From the NCBI RefSeq assembly GCF_009931435.1, contig NZ_CP043414.1: DNA of 64,000 bases. One strand, 5' to 3'. Every line of letters begins with the position of its first letter. The stretch's first letter is position 1. The position numbers and the translations under genes are program-made. The DNA comes from Escherichia coli (lineage in GTDB: Bacteria; Pseudomonadota; Gammaproteobacteria; Enterobacterales; Enterobacteriaceae). Below, in pieces: positions 1 to 11,859 of this stretch. The notes under the pieces were generated by a model. It was not told the origin of the DNA, made no database searches, and worked only from the letters and a program-made list of their open reading frames with translations.

Positions 1-936
1 ACGGTAGATACCGGTGGTTGGCGTATCGCCTGCGTAGCCCCAGGCGCGATACATTCCTTCGGTGTTAAACGGTAGCGCGACGTTACCTTCATGGTCGATA
101 GCGATTAAGCCACCGTTACCACCAAGCGCAGGGAGTTTTTCCATTACTACCCGCTCGCAGGCTTCCGCGAGACTTAATCCGCCGTAATCCATTAACGCGG
201 CGATGTCATATGCCGCCAGCGCGCGGATGAAGACTTCGCCCGTGCCGGTACAAGAAACCGCCACACTGGCGTTATTGGCGTAGCATCCGGCGCCCACTAA
301 GGGACTATCGCCAACTCGTCCGGGTAATTTATTGGTCATTCCGCCTGTGGACGTGGCTGCCGCCAGATTGCCGTCTAAATCCAACGCCACGGCACCCACG
401 GTGCCCATTTTCTGTTTTTCATCCAGTGGCGCACCGCTATGGTCGAGAACCGTTGCCCCTTCCTCGCGCGCTGCCAGGAGTTGTTCATAACGCAAAGGCG
501 TGGAGAAAATCTCCGGCGAGACGCGCTCCATGCCATGAGCAAACGCAAAATTTTCTGCCCCTTCGCCAATCATCATCACATGCGGGCTTTGCTCCATCAC
601 CAGGCGGGCAGCAAGAACCGGATTACGCAGATGACTCACGCCCGCCACCGCACCGGCTTTCAGGGTGTTACCATCCATCACACAGGCGTCGAGTTCATGC
701 GTTTCATCTCGCGTAAAGACTGCGCCAATTCCGGCGTTAAACAGTGGACACTCTTCCAGCAGACGCACCGTTTCCGTCACCACATCCAGCGCACTTTCGC
801 CCGCTTCCAGCATTTTCTGCCCGGTTTCAACAATGGCAGACAACGCCTCAATGTAGCGTAATTCCTGTTGCAGACTCATCTGCGCGCGGCTAATTGCACC
901 TGCGCCACCATGAATTGCAATGACTGCTTTGCCCAT
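1..936 (-). CDS. iaaA: Isoaspartyl dipeptidase/L-asparaginase IaaA, partial (C-terminal codons lie beyond window start)
   Basis: Minus-strand translation from ATG at 934-936 reads MGKAVIAIHGGAGAISRAQMSLQQELRYIEAL...; frame open to position 1 (...TTGIYR). Absent from ORF track because no stop in window. Recognised from memory as E. coli IaaA. Confidence 0.85.
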   Translation of the reverse strand, partial: MGKAVIAIHGGAGAISRAQMSLQQELRYIEALSAIVETGQKMLEAGESALDVVTETVRLLEECPLFNAGIGAVFTRDETHELDACVMDGNTLKAGAVAGVSHLRNPVLAARLVMEQSPHVMMIGEGAENFAFAHGMERVSPEIFSTPLRYEQLLAAREEGATVLDHSGAPLDEKQKMGTVGAVALDLDGNLAAATSTGGMTNKLPGRVGDSPLVGAGCYANNASVAVSCTGTGEVFIRALAAYDIAALMDYGGLSLAEACERVVMEKLPALGGNGGLIAIDHEGNVALPFNTEGMYRAWGYAGDTPTTGIYR

Positions 937-1139
937 AGTATTCGTCCATTAAGGATGGCTCGCCACTTTTGCTATAAATATCAGAATTTTTATGAATTAC
1001 TCATTCAATTTTTGAATATAGAAAGATGGATATGGCATGTAAAGGCAGGAGCCAGCGCTACGCCCGAGGTGGCATACAGTCTGTGGCGTTTTTCTGACAT
1101 AATAGGCAAATTCGATTTTGCCTCCGCAGGAGTGTTTTC

Positions 1140-2375
1140 ATGGAATTTACCACCGGATTGATGTCGCTCGACACCGCGCTTAATGAGATGCTTTCTCGCG
1201 TTACCCCACTGACCGCCCAGGAAACGCTGCCACTGGTACAGTGTTTTGGTCGTATTCTGGCGAGCGATGTCGTTTCGCCACTGGATGTCCCGGGGTTTGA
1301 TAACTCCGCTATGGACGGCTACGCGGTGCGTTTAGCCGATATCGCCTCCGGGCAACCGCTGCCCGTTGCCGGTAAATCCTTTGCCGGTCAGCCGTACCAT
1401 GGTGAATGGCCTGCGGGTACCTGCATTCGTATTATGACCGGTGCGCCGGTGCCGGAAGGCTGCGAAGCGGTGGTGATGCAGGAACAGACCGAACAGACTG
1501 ACGCTGGCGTGCGTTTTACTGCTGAAGTGCGTAGCGGGCAAAATATTCGCCGTCGCGGTGAAGATATCTCTGCGGGTGCGGTTGTTTTCCCAGCGGGAAC
1601 ACGCCTGACTACCGCAGAGCTGCCAGTAATTGCTTCACTGGGGATTGCCGAAGTTCCGGTGATTCGTAAAGTGCGTGTAGCGCTGTTTTCTACCGGTGAT
1701 GAACTCCAGTTGCCAGGCCAGCCACTGGGCGACGGCCAAATCTACGATACCAACCGTCTCGCCGTACACCTGATGTTAGAACAGCTGGGATGCGAGGTAA
1801 TCAACTTAGGGATTATCCGCGACGATCCCCATGCCCTGCGCGCCGCTTTTATTGAAGCCGATAGCCAGGCAGATGTGGTGATCAGTTCCGGCGGTGTTTC
1901 AGTGGGTGAAGCGGATTACACCAAAACCATTCTTGAAGAGCTGGGGGAGATCGCCTTCTGGAAGCTGGCGATTAAACCAGGTAAACCGTTCGCGTTCGGT
2001 AAACTCAGCAATAGCTGGTTCTGCGGCCTGCCGGGTAATCCGGTTTCAGCAACGCTGACCTTCTATCAACTGGTACAGCCGTTACTGGCAAAATTGAGCG
2101 GCAACACCGCCAGCGGCCTGCCAGCGCGTCAGCGCGTACGCACGGCTTCTCGCCTCAAGAAAACGCCTGGTCGCCTTGATTTCCAACGTGGTGTGCTGCA
2201 ACGTAATGCTGACGGTGAACTGGAAGTCACCACCACCGGGCATCAGGGCTCACATATATTTAGCTCTTTTAGCCTCGGCAACTGCTTTATCGTACTGGAA
2301 CGCGAGCGCGGCAATGTAGAAGCGGGCGAATGGGTGGAAGTAGAACCGTTTAACGCGTTATTCGGAGGCCTGTAA
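1140..2375 (+). CDS. moeA: Molybdopterin molybdenumtransferase MoeA
   Basis: ORF track 411 aa [18 protein letters not shown]...; recognised MoeA; followed directly by moeB. Confidence 0.9.
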   Translation: MEFTTGLMSLDTALNEMLSRVTPLTAQETLPLVQCFGRILASDVVSPLDVPGFDNSAMDGYAVRLADIASGQPLPVAGKSFAGQPYHGEWPAGTCIRIMTGAPVPEGCEAVVMQEQTEQTDAGVRFTAEVRSGQNIRRRGEDISAGAVVFPAGTRLTTAELPVIASLGIAEVPVIRKVRVALFSTGDELQLPGQPLGDGQIYDTNRLAVHLMLEQLGCEVINLGIIRDDPHALRAAFIEADSQADVVISSGGVSVGEADYTKTILEELGEIAFWKLAIKPGKPFAFGKLSNSWFCGLPGNPVSATLTFYQLVQPLLAKLSGNTASGLPARQRVRTASRLKKTPGRLDFQRGVLQRNADGELEVTTTGHQGSHIFSSFSLGNCFIVLERERGNVEAGEWVEVEPFNALFGGL

Positions 2376-3124
2376 TGGCGGAACTCAGCGATCAGGAGAT
2401 GCTGCGCTACAACCGGCAAATCATTCTGCGCGGTTTTGATTTTGACGGTCAGGAGGCGCTAAAAGATTCTCGTGTGCTGATCGTCGGCCTCGGTGGACTC
2501 GGCTGTGCAGCTTCGCAGTATCTGGCAAGCTCCGGTGTCGGCAACCTGACGCTGCTCGACTTCGACACGGTTTCGCTCTCGAATCTGCAACGCCAGACTC
2601 TGCACAGTGATGCCACGGTCGGGCAACCGAAGGTGGAATCCGCCCGAGACGCACTGGCGCGGATCAATCCACATATCGCGATTACGCCGGTAAATGCGTT
2701 GCTTGATGACGTGGAGCTTGCTGCATTGATCGCTGAACACAATCTGGTGCTCGACTGCACGGATAACGTTGCGGTACGTAATCAATTGAACGCTGGCTGT
2801 TTTGCCGCAAAGGTGCCGCTGGTTTCCGGGGCGGCAATTCGTATGGAAGGACAAATCACGGTCTTCACTTATCAGGACGGCGAACCGTGCTACCGCTGCC
2901 TTAGCCGTTTGTTTGGCGAGAACGCGCTAACCTGCGTAGAAGCAGGCGTGATGGCACCGTTGATCGGCGTAATTGGTTCGTTGCAGGCAATGGAGGCGAT
3001 CAAACTGCTGGCAGGTTATGGCAAACCGGCCAGCGGGAAAATCGTCATGTACGATGCGATGACCTGCCAGTTTCGCGAAATGAAACTGATGCGTAACCCG
3101 GGGTGTGAGGTGTGCGGGCAGTAA
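2375..3124 (+). CDS. moeB: Molybdopterin-synthase adenylyltransferase MoeB (ThiF/E1-like)
   Basis: 249 aa, GLGGLG nucleotide-binding motif and C-terminal CxxC pairs; start overlaps moeA stop. Confidence 0.9.
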   Translation: MAELSDQEMLRYNRQIILRGFDFDGQEALKDSRVLIVGLGGLGCAASQYLASSGVGNLTLLDFDTVSLSNLQRQTLHSDATVGQPKVESARDALARINPHIAITPVNALLDDVELAALIAEHNLVLDCTDNVAVRNQLNAGCFAAKVPLVSGAAIRMEGQITVFTYQDGEPCYRCLSRLFGENALTCVEAGVMAPLIGVIGSLQAMEAIKLLAGYGKPASGKIVMYDAMTCQFREMKLMRNPGCEVCGQ

Positions 3125-3135
3125 TTGCCAGCCCC

Positions 3136-3215
3136 AGGCCTGATAAGTTGCGACAAGCGTCGCATCAGGCATTTGCTCCAGACGCCAGATGCGGCGTGAA
3201 CGCCTTATCTGGCCT
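3136..3215. repeat. REP/BIME-type palindromic intergenic repeat
   Basis: gcctgataag...gcatcaggc and gatgcggcgtgaacgccttatctggcctac motifs typical of enterobacterial REP units. Confidence 0.6.
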
Positions 3216-3302
3216 ACGGTTCGGGCGCAGATTTCCAGGCGCGGCAAGCGTTGGTGCACTCCACCACGTTATCAGCAATTGATGAGGATGCAGAACGTCC
3301 TG

Positions 3303-3965
3303 TTAAATCGACGTTCTGCCAAAAGCCCCCTGCCAGTCCTGCTCAAACTTCGCCACGGCGGCGTCAACTGCCGGATAGCTAATCATCTGCTGCGCCACAT
3401 CCAGTGGCAGAGTAATTGATTCACATCCTGCCAGTAAGCAGTCCAGCGCCTGACGCGGGGTTTTAAAACTCGCGGCTAACACTTTCGCCTGCGGCGCATG
3501 CATTTTCAATAACTGGTGTAAATCGGTCACAGTTTGCATACCGCTACCGCCCTGAGCATCAATTCGGTTGACGTAAGGTGCAACGTACTCCGCACCTGCC
3601 AGCGCCGACAGCAGCCCTTGTGCCGCGCCATACACTGCCGTACCCAGCGTCGGAATACCTTCTGCTTTTAACATTTTAATAGCAGCCAGCCCCTCGGCAG
3701 TCACCGGAACTTTCACCACGATATCTGCAATAATAGAACGCAGTTTACGTGCATCATTCACCATCCCTTCGGCAGTGGTAGCCATTACCTGGGCAAACAG
3801 ACGCCCCTGACCGCCCATCGCTTCGTGAAGCTCCGGAAGTACCACCTCCAGCGGTTTTTTACCCGCGGCGATAATACTTGGGTTAGTGGTCACACCCGCC
3901 AGCGGAAAAATACGTGACAGTGTCTTCACCGCAACAACGTCTGAAGTATCCAGATACAGTTCCAT
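3303..3965 (-). CDS. fsaA: Fructose-6-phosphate aldolase 1
   Basis: Track ORF 3303-4037; start placed at internal ATG 3963-3965 giving [14 protein letters not shown]... (220 aa), matching FsaA/transaldolase-like fold from memory. Confidence 0.85.
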   Translation of the reverse strand: MELYLDTSDVVAVKTLSRIFPLAGVTTNPSIIAAGKKPLEVVLPELHEAMGGQGRLFAQVMATTAEGMVNDARKLRSIIADIVVKVPVTAEGLAAIKMLKAEGIPTLGTAVYGAAQGLLSALAGAEYVAPYVNRIDAQGGSGMQTVTDLHQLLKMHAPQAKVLAASFKTPRQALDCLLAGCESITLPLDVAQQMISYPAVDAAVAKFEQDWQGAFGRTSI

Positions 3966-4068
3966 AACCATCCTCAAAATGTACTTTTTGTCTGAATGTA
4001 GACTATCACGGGAAAACTCTCTGAACAGTTGACGCACATCAATCTAACTTTCATTCGAAAGTATTTTA

Positions 4069-4995
4069 ATGTTTGAACGAAACAGAGAGGCAACTATGAT
4101 TTTCAATATTCAGCGCTACTCGACCCATGACGGCCCCGGTATCCGCACGGTCGTTTTTCTTAAAGGCTGTTCACTGGGCTGCCGCTGGTGTCAGAACCCG
4201 GAAAGCCGCGCCCGCACGCAGGATCTTCTGTATGACGCACGTCTGTGTCTGGAAGGCTGCGAGCTGTGCGCTAAGACCGCGCCGGAAGTGATTGAGCGCG
4301 CGCTGAATGGTTTGCTTATTCATCGGGAAAAGTTAACCCCGGAGCATCTGACGGCGTTAACCGACTGCTGCCCGACACAGGCGTTAACCGTGTGTGGTGA
4401 AGTGAAAAGCGTTGAGGAGATCATGGCGACCGTTCTGCGCGACAAACCGTTTTACGATCGCAGCGGCGGCGGCTTAACGCTTTCCGGTGGTGAGCCGTTT
4501 ATGCAGCCGGAAATGGCGATGGGGCTACTGCAAACCAGCCACGAAGCCGGTATTCATACTGCGGTAGAAACCTGTCTGCATGTGCCGTGGAAATACATCG
4601 CCCCTTCTCTGCCGTATATCGATCTGTTTCTTGCCGATTTAAAACACGTTGCCGACGTGCCGTTTAAACAGTGGACCGACGGTAACGCCGCCAGAGTGCT
4701 GGATAACCTGAAAAAACTCGCAGCGGCGGGGAAAAAAATCATCATCCGCGTGCCGTTGATTCAGGGCTTTAATGCCGATGAAACCTCTGTGAAAGCCATT
4801 ACCGATTTTGCCGCCGACGAGCTGCACGTCGGCGAAATTCATTTCCTGCCCTACCACACGCTGGGCATCAACAAATATCACTTACTTAATCTGCCCTATG
4901 ACGCCCCGGAAAAACCGCTTGATGCGCCAGAACTGCTCGACTTTGCCCTGCAGTATGCCTGCCAGAAAGGGTTAACCGCGACCTTACGAGGATAA
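4069..4995 (+). CDS. ybiY: Glycyl-radical enzyme activating protein (radical SAM, PflE/YbiY-like)
   Basis: 308-aa ORF with CxxxCxxC radical-SAM cluster (CSLGCRWC); alternative start ATG 4096 has better RBS (gagagg). Confidence 0.85.
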   Translation: MFERNREATMIFNIQRYSTHDGPGIRTVVFLKGCSLGCRWCQNPESRARTQDLLYDARLCLEGCELCAKTAPEVIERALNGLLIHREKLTPEHLTALTDCCPTQALTVCGEVKSVEEIMATVLRDKPFYDRSGGGLTLSGGEPFMQPEMAMGLLQTSHEAGIHTAVETCLHVPWKYIAPSLPYIDLFLADLKHVADVPFKQWTDGNAARVLDNLKKLAAAGKKIIIRVPLIQGFNADETSVKAITDFAADELHVGEIHFLPYHTLGINKYHLLNLPYDAPEKPLDAPELLDFALQYACQKGLTATLRG

Positions 4996-5000
4996 CAACC

Positions 5001-7433
5001 ATGACCACACTGAAACTGGACACGCTCAGCGACCGCATTAAAGCGCACAAAAATGCGCTGGTGAATATTGTGAAACCGCCGGTCTGTACCGAGCGCGCGC
5101 AGCACTATACCGAGATGTATCAACAACATCTCGATAAGCCGATCCCGGTACGTCGCGCTCTGGCGCTGGCCCATCACCTGGCGAATCGCACTATTTGGAT
5201 CAAGCACGATGAGTTGATCATCGGCAACCAGGCAAGCAAAGTTCGCGCCGCGCCGATCTTCCCGGAATATACCGTCTCCTGGATCGAAAAAGAGATTGAT
5301 GATCTGGCGGATCGTCCGGGTGCAGGTTTTGCGGTGAGCGAAGAGAACAAACGCGTTCTGCATGAAGTGTGCCCGTGGTGGCGCGGTCAGACGGTACAGG
5401 ATCGCTGCTATGGCATGTTTACCGATGAGCAAAAAGGCCTGCTGGCGACCGGTATCATTAAAGCGGAAGGTAATATGACCTCCGGCGATGCGCACCTGGC
5501 GGTCAATTTCCCACTGTTGCTGGAAAAAGGGCTTGATGGTTTGCGCGAGAAAGTGGCGGAGCGCCGCTCGCGTATTAACCTGACCGTGCTGGAAGATCTG
5601 CACGGCGAGCAGTTCCTGAAAGCGATTGATATCGTGCTGGTGGCGGTCAGTGAACATATTGAACGTTTCGCTGCCCTGGCGCGTGAAATGGCCGTTACCG
5701 AACCCCGCGAAAGCCGTCGCGATGAACTGCTGGCGATGGCCGAAAACTGCGACCTTATCGCCCACCAGCCGCCGCAGACTTTCTGGCAGGCGCTGCAACT
5801 GTGCTACTTCATCCAGTTGATTTTGCAGATCGAATCCAACGGACACTCGGTATCGTTTGGTCGTATGGACCAGTATCTCTACCCGTACTATCGCCGCGAC
5901 GTTGAACTGAACCAGACGCTGGATCGCGAACACGCCATCGAGATGCTGCATAGCTGCTGGCTGAAACTGCTGGAAGTGAACAAGATCCGCTCCGGCTCGC
6001 ACTCAAAAGCCTCTGCGGGAAGTCCGCTGTATCAGAACGTCACCATTGGCGGGCAAAATCTGGTTGATGGTCAGCCGATGGACGCGGTGAATCCACTCTC
6101 TTACGCGATCCTTGAATCCTGCGGTCGCCTGCGTTCGACGCAGCCTAACCTCAGCGTGCGCTACCACGCGGGAATGAGTAACGATTTCCTCGATGCCTGC
6201 GTACAGGTGATTCGCTGCGGCTTCGGGATGCCCGCGTTCAACAACGACGAAATCGTCATCCCGGAATTTATTAAACTCGGTATTGAACCGCAGGACGCTT
6301 ACGACTACGCGGCGATTGGCTGTATCGAAACCGCCGTCGGTGGCAAATGGGGCTATCGCTGCACCGGGATGAGCTTTATCAACTTCGCCCGCGTGATGCT
6401 GGCGGCGCTGGAAGGCGGTCGTGATGCCACCAGCGGCAAAGTGTTCCTGCCACAAGAAAAAGCGTTGTCAGCGGGTAACTTCAACAACTTCGATGAAGTG
6501 ATGGACGCGTGGGACACGCAAATCCGTTATTACACCCGTAAATCAATCGAAATCGAATATGTCGTCGACACCATGCTGGAAGAGAACGTGCACGATATTC
6601 TCTGCTCGGCGCTGGTGGATGACTGCATTGAGCGAGCGAAAAGTATCAAGCAAGGCGGCGCGAAATATGACTGGGTATCGGGCCTGCAGGTCGGCATTGC
6701 TAACCTCGGCAACAGCCTGGCGGCAGTGAAGAAACTGGTGTTTGAACAGGGCGCGATTGGTCAGCAACAACTGGCTGCCGCACTGGCGGATGACTTCGAC
6801 GGCCTGACGCACGAGCAGCTGCGTCAGCGGCTGATTAACGGCGCGCCGAAGTACGGCAACGACGATGATACTGTCGATACGCTGCTGGCTCGCGCTTATC
6901 AGACCTATATCGACGAACTGAAGCAGTACCATAATCCGCGCTACGGTCGTGGTCCGATTGGCGGCAACTATTACGCGGGTACGTCGTCTATCTCCGCTAA
7001 CGTACCGTTTGGCGCGCAAACTATGGCAACGCCGGACGGGCGTAAAGCCCACACCCCGCTGGCAGAAGGCGCAAGCCCGGCTTCCGGTACTGATCATCTT
7101 GGCCCTACTGCGGTCATTGGCTCGGTGGGTAAACTGCCTACGGCAGCGATTCTCGGCGGCGTGTTGCTCAACCAGAAACTGAATCCGGCAACGCTGGAGA
7201 ACGAATCTGACAAGCAGAAACTGATGATCCTGCTACGTACCTTCTTTGAGGTGCATAAAGGCTGGCATATTCAGTACAACATCGTTTCCCGCGAAACGCT
7301 GCTGGAAGCGAAAAAGCATCCGGATCAGTACCGCGATCTGGTGGTGCGCGTAGCGGGTTATTCCGCCTTCTTCACTGCGCTCTCTCCAGACGCACAGGAC
7401 GATATCATCGCCCGTACTGAACATATGCTGTAA
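5001..7433 (+). CDS. ybiW: Glycyl radical enzyme (PFL-like) YbiW
   Basis: 810 aa; C-terminal glycyl-radical motif region (VRVAGYSAFF); paired with upstream activase. Confidence 0.9.
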   Translation: MTTLKLDTLSDRIKAHKNALVNIVKPPVCTERAQHYTEMYQQHLDKPIPVRRALALAHHLANRTIWIKHDELIIGNQASKVRAAPIFPEYTVSWIEKEIDDLADRPGAGFAVSEENKRVLHEVCPWWRGQTVQDRCYGMFTDEQKGLLATGIIKAEGNMTSGDAHLAVNFPLLLEKGLDGLREKVAERRSRINLTVLEDLHGEQFLKAIDIVLVAVSEHIERFAALAREMAVTEPRESRRDELLAMAENCDLIAHQPPQTFWQALQLCYFIQLILQIESNGHSVSFGRMDQYLYPYYRRDVELNQTLDREHAIEMLHSCWLKLLEVNKIRSGSHSKASAGSPLYQNVTIGGQNLVDGQPMDAVNPLSYAILESCGRLRSTQPNLSVRYHAGMSNDFLDACVQVIRCGFGMPAFNNDEIVIPEFIKLGIEPQDAYDYAAIGCIETAVGGKWGYRCTGMSFINFARVMLAALEGGRDATSGKVFLPQEKALSAGNFNNFDEVMDAWDTQIRYYTRKSIEIEYVVDTMLEENVHDILCSALVDDCIERAKSIKQGGAKYDWVSGLQVGIANLGNSLAAVKKLVFEQGAIGQQQLAAALADDFDGLTHEQLRQRLINGAPKYGNDDDTVDTLLARAYQTYIDELKQYHNPRYGRGPIGGNYYAGTSSISANVPFGAQTMATPDGRKAHTPLAEGASPASGTDHLGPTAVIGSVGKLPTAAILGGVLLNQKLNPATLENESDKQKLMILLRTFFEVHKGWHIQYNIVSRETLLEAKKHPDQYRDLVVRVAGYSAFFTALSPDAQDDIIARTEHML

Positions 7434-7572
7434 TCTCCTTCGCCCGGTAACGGTTGTTGCCGGGCGAAAATACTCATCCCATCGATATTATTTTAATCCG
7501 AAATAAATTTGTGCTCCGCGTCACATTGTCATTACACTGTGGCGGTTTGCATTCATTGTCAGGAGCACATCT

Positions 7573-8388
7573 ATGAGCGTAAAAGTTATCGTCACAGACA
7601 TGGACGGTACTTTTCTGAGCGACGCCAAAACGTACAACAATGAGCGTTTTATGGTGCAATATCAGGAACTTAAAAAGCGCGGCATTGAGTTCGTTGTCGC
7701 CAGCGGTAATCAGTATTACCAGCTTATTTCGTTCTTTCCTGAGCTAAAGGATGAGATCTCTTTTGTCGCGGAAAACGGCGCACTGGTTTACGAACATGGC
7801 AAGCAACTGTTCCACGGCGAACTGACCCGACATGAATCAAGAGTTGTCATTGGTGAACTGCTGAAAGACAAGCAGCTCAATTTTGTTGCCTGCGGTTTGC
7901 AAAGCGCGTATGTCAGTGAGAATGCGCCAGAAGCATTCGTCGCGCTAATGGCAAAACACTACCATCGTCTGAAACCTGTGAAAGATTACCAGGATATTGA
8001 TGATGTACTGTTCAAGTTTTCGCTCAACCTGCCTGACGAACAAATCCCGTTAGTGATCGACAAACTGCATATTACGCTCGATGGCATTATGAAGCCCGTC
8101 ACCAGTGGTTTTGGCTTTATCGACCTGATTATTCCTGGCCTGCATAAAGCGAATGGTATTTCGCGGTTACTGAAACGCTGGGATCTGTCACCGCAAAATG
8201 TGGTAGCGATTGGCGACAGCGGTAACGATGCGGAGATGCTGAAAATGGCGCGTTATTCCTTTGCGATGGGCAATGCTGCGGAAAACATTAAACAAATCTC
8301 CCGTTACGCTACCGATGATAATAATCATGAAGGCGCGCTGAATGTGATTCAGGCGGTGCTGGATAACACCGCTCCTTTCAATAAGTAA
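7573..8388 (+). CDS. ybiV: HAD-family sugar phosphatase YbiV
   Basis: 271 aa, N-terminal DxDGT motif (VTDMDGTFL). Confidence 0.85.
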   Translation: MSVKVIVTDMDGTFLSDAKTYNNERFMVQYQELKKRGIEFVVASGNQYYQLISFFPELKDEISFVAENGALVYEHGKQLFHGELTRHESRVVIGELLKDKQLNFVACGLQSAYVSENAPEAFVALMAKHYHRLKPVKDYQDIDDVLFKFSLNLPDEQIPLVIDKLHITLDGIMKPVTSGFGFIDLIIPGLHKANGISRLLKRWDLSPQNVVAIGDSGNDAEMLKMARYSFAMGNAAENIKQISRYATDDNNHEGALNVIQAVLDNTAPFNK

Positions 8389-8395
8389 CCTTTTC

Positions 8396-8432
8396 CCGGC
8401 CGGAGCAATCGTTCCGGCATCTCTCTTTTTTG
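8396..8432 (+). terminator. Putative rho-independent terminator after ybiV
   Basis: GC hairpin ccggccggagcaatcgttccggc followed by T-rich run ctctcttttttg. Confidence 0.5.
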
Positions 8433-8539
8433 CTCACTTTGTGCACTTACTCAAGATTTTCATCTTGCGTTAACTTATTTTTAACTTAAAGTATCAATCA
8501 TAACTATTTTCACTTTCGAACGAAAGTTGTGAGGTTGAT

Positions 8540-9799
8540 ATGACTTTTACCTATGAGACACTGCCAACAGATGCGAAAACGGCTATCCGTAAGATGAAAG
8601 CGGAGCTGCGACAACAGATCGGCGATGTACAACAGGTCTTCGATAAACTCTCTGCAAAAATCGAAGCACGTGTAGCAGAAATAGACGCCCTCAAAGGGCA
8701 AGGATTACCGGTTTGGCCGGAAGTCCCATATAGCGACGTTGCAGCAGGTACAGTGAGTGAAGCCACGCGCAATGAAATTAAACGTCGCGGCTGTGCAGTA
8801 ATTAAAGGCCATTTCCCCCGCGAACAGGCACTGGCATGGGATCGCGCAATGCTTGACTATCTTGATGCCAATCATTTTGATGATGTTTATAAAGGTCCCG
8901 GCGACAGCTTCTTTGGATCGCTGGAGGCATCTCGTCCTGAAATCTACCCTATTTACTGGTCGCAGGCACAAATGCAGGCGCGACAAAGTGACAATATGGC
9001 GGCGCTGCAATCTTTCCTTAACCGCCTGTGGAAGTCTGAAAGCAACGGCAGGCAGTGGTTTGATCCCGATATTAGCGTGATCTATCCGGACAGGATCCGC
9101 CGCCGCCCACCAGGCACGACGTCTAAAGGTCTGGGTGCACACACTGATTCTGGGGCGCTGGAACGTTGGTTATTACCCGCTTATCAGCGTGTTTTTGCCC
9201 ATGTTTTCAACGGTAATGTCGACGATTACGATCCGTGGGATGCTGCATACCGTACTGATGTTGAAGAGTACACGGTAGATAACACCACAAAATGTTCGGT
9301 GTTCCGCACTTTTCAAGGCTGGACGGCGCTTTCCGATATGTTACCAGGACAGGGATTATTGCATGTGGTGCCAATCCCGGAAGCGATGGCGTATGTTTTA
9401 TTGCGCCCACTGCTGGATGACGTACCGGACGATGAGTTGTGTGGGGTCGCTCCTGGCAAAGTTCTGCCCATTTCAGAGAGATGGCATCCACTACTGATTA
9501 AAGCACTCACTTCCATTCCAGCTATTACAGCGGGGGATTCCGTCTGGTGGCACTGCGACGTGATCCACTCCGTCGCACCGGTAAATAATCAACAAGGCTG
9601 GGGGAATGTGATGTATATCCCTGCCGCGCCGATGTGTGAGAAAAACCGGGCTTATGCGCATAACGTCAGGAAAGCACTGGAAAAAGGGGCATCACCGGGC
9701 GATTTCCCTCGAGAAGATTATGAAGCAAACTGGGATGGCCGATTTACGCTGGATGATCTGAACATTCACGGTAAGCGCGCGCTGGGCATGGATGTTTGA
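8540..9799 (+). CDS. ybiU: DUF1479-family protein YbiU
   Basis: 419-aa ORF at the syntenic position; identity from recall. Confidence 0.8.
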   Translation: MTFTYETLPTDAKTAIRKMKAELRQQIGDVQQVFDKLSAKIEARVAEIDALKGQGLPVWPEVPYSDVAAGTVSEATRNEIKRRGCAVIKGHFPREQALAWDRAMLDYLDANHFDDVYKGPGDSFFGSLEASRPEIYPIYWSQAQMQARQSDNMAALQSFLNRLWKSESNGRQWFDPDISVIYPDRIRRRPPGTTSKGLGAHTDSGALERWLLPAYQRVFAHVFNGNVDDYDPWDAAYRTDVEEYTVDNTTKCSVFRTFQGWTALSDMLPGQGLLHVVPIPEAMAYVLLRPLLDDVPDDELCGVAPGKVLPISERWHPLLIKALTSIPAITAGDSVWWHCDVIHSVAPVNNQQGWGNVMYIPAAPMCEKNRAYAHNVRKALEKGASPGDFPREDYEANWDGRFTLDDLNIHGKRALGMDV

Positions 9800-9891
9800 G
9801 AGGTGATGGATTAGTAGAAGTGAATTGATGTGAGGTTAAGAAAGCAGGTTCGGTGTTGCTCTGATTGCTGACAAAGTGCGCTTTGTTCATG

Positions 9892-9990
9892 ACGGATGCG
9901 GCGTTAACGCCTTATCCGGTCTACAAAGTCCTGAAAATTCAATATATTGCGATACGCTGTCAGGCCTGATAAGCGTAGCGCATCAGGCAA
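9892..9990. repeat. REP/BIME palindromic repeat cluster
   Basis: gatgcggcgttaacgccttatccggtctac ... caggcctgataagcgtagcgcatcaggc. Confidence 0.6.
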
Positions 9991-10048
9991 TTTTGCATTT
10001 GTCATCAGTTTCAGTAGCCCTGACCCTATCAGGGCTACTGATAATAAC

Positions 10049-11641
10049 TTACTCGATCCCTTTACTACGCAGGTAATCTTCGTAATTACCGCTAAAGTCG
10101 ATCACGCGTTCCGGGGTGATTTCCAGAATGCGGGTCGCCAGGGAGCTTACAAACTCACGGTCGTGAGAAACAAAGATCAGCGTTCCCTGATACAGTTCCA
10201 GCGCCATGTTCAGCGACTCGATAGATTCCATATCCAGGTGGTTGGTCGGTTCGTCCATGATTAGAATATTTGGTTTCTGCATCATTAACTTACCAAACAG
10301 CATCCGCCCTTTTTCCCCACCGGAAAGCACATTAGCTGGTTTTTTGATGTCGTCCTGGCTGAACAGCAAACGACCGAGAATGCTGCGTACCGCCTGCTCG
10401 TCATCGCCTTCCTGCTTCCACTGACTCATCCATTCGAATACGGTCAGATCATTTTCGAACTCATATTCGTGGTCCTGGGCGTAGTAACCAATGCGCGCGT
10501 TTTCAGACCATTTTACGGTGCCGCTGTCCGGTTGCAGATCGCCCACCAGCGTTTTCAGCAGCGTTGATTTACCGACGCCGTTGGTACCCAGTACCGCCAG
10601 TTTTTCACCCACTTCCAGCAGCAGGTTGAGATTTTTAAACAGGGGACCGTTATCAAACCCTTTGGTCAGACCTTCCACTTCCAGCGCGTTACGGAACAGT
10701 TTCTTATCCTGTTCAAAACGGATGAACGGGTTCTGACGGCTGGAGGCTTTCACCTCTTCAAGTTTGATTTTATCAATCTGGCGTGCGCGCGAAGTTGCCT
10801 GGCGAGATTTCGAGGCGTTGGCACTAAAGCGGCTAACGAAAGATTGCAACTCAGCAATCTGCGCTTTCTTCTTGGCGTTATCAGCCAGCAGACGTTCACG
10901 CGCCTGAGTCGCCGCCGTCATGTACTCATCGTAGTTGCCCGGATAAACGCGCAGTTCACCGTAATCCAGATCCGCCATGTGGGTACAAACCATGTTAAGG
11001 AAGTGACGGTCGTGCGAGATGATGATCATGGTGCTGTCACGCTCGTTCAGCACCTGTTCCAGCCAACGAATGGTGTCGATGTCGAGGTTGTTGGTCGGTT
11101 CGTCGAGCAGGAGAATGTCCGGATCAGCAAACAGCGCCTGCGCCAGCAGCACACGCAGCTTCCAGCCAGGAGCAACTTCACTCATCGGGCCGTAGTGCTG
11201 TTCCACTGGAATTCCCACGCCAAGCAACAGTTCACCGGCGCGAGCTTCCGCAGAGTAACCGTCCATTTCGCCGTATTTCACTTCCAGATCGGCCACTTTA
11301 TAGCCGTCTTCTTCACTCATTTCCGGCAAAGCATAGATGCGGTCGCGCTCCTGCTTCACTTCCCACAACTCTTTATGCCCCATGATCACCGTATCCAGCA
11401 CGGTGAACTCTTCAAAGGCAAACTGATCCTGACGCAATTTACCAATGCGCTCGTTGGGATCGAGGGAAACGTTACCCAGCGTCGGCTCTAAGTCGCCGCC
11501 GAGGATCTTCATAAAGGTGGATTTACCACTACCGTTCGCGCCAATCAGGCCGTAACGGTTGCCGCCGCCAAACTTGACGGAAATGTTTTCAAACAACGGC
11601 TTACTGCCGAACTGCATGGTGACGTTACTGGAAACTAACAC
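10049..11641 (-). CDS. ybiT: ABC-F family ATPase YbiT (tandem ABC domains)
   Basis: 530 aa, two Walker A motifs ([18 protein letters not shown]); GTG start. Confidence 0.9.
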   Translation of the reverse strand: MLVSSNVTMQFGSKPLFENISVKFGGGNRYGLIGANGSGKSTFMKILGGDLEPTLGNVSLDPNERIGKLRQDQFAFEEFTVLDTVIMGHKELWEVKQERDRIYALPEMSEEDGYKVADLEVKYGEMDGYSAEARAGELLLGVGIPVEQHYGPMSEVAPGWKLRVLLAQALFADPDILLLDEPTNNLDIDTIRWLEQVLNERDSTMIIISHDRHFLNMVCTHMADLDYGELRVYPGNYDEYMTAATQARERLLADNAKKKAQIAELQSFVSRFSANASKSRQATSRARQIDKIKLEEVKASSRQNPFIRFEQDKKLFRNALEVEGLTKGFDNGPLFKNLNLLLEVGEKLAVLGTNGVGKSTLLKTLVGDLQPDSGTVKWSENARIGYYAQDHEYEFENDLTVFEWMSQWKQEGDDEQAVRSILGRLLFSQDDIKKPANVLSGGEKGRMLFGKLMMQKPNILIMDEPTNHLDMESIESLNMALELYQGTLIFVSHDREFVSSLATRILEITPERVIDFSGNYEDYLRSKGIE

Positions 11642-11859
11642 AGGCGTATCCTGAAAAGAGATATGACAAACCGCGTATTATGCCATAAGTCTGAAAGAAG
11701 ATCCCGTCCCCCGCTTAAGGTCTACACTCTTCCCAAAGGCAAAAAATGTGATTTCGTACACATCTGATTTCACTGTGAGCTGGAATGAACTTATAATGCG
11801 CTTCCAATACTCTAATATTCTCAACCCAATGGCCTGCCAGGCACTAAATCTCGCTTAAC

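Noticed and set aside
4896-6002. 368-aa minus-strand ORF in the ORF track
   Set aside because: Lies antisense within the ybiW glycyl-radical enzyme gene; low-complexity Arg/Gln-rich translation; typical shadow ORF of a GC-rich gene.
10844-11491. 215-aa plus-strand ORF
   Set aside because: Antisense to ybiT (ABC-F ATPase); no RBS or motif; shadow ORF.
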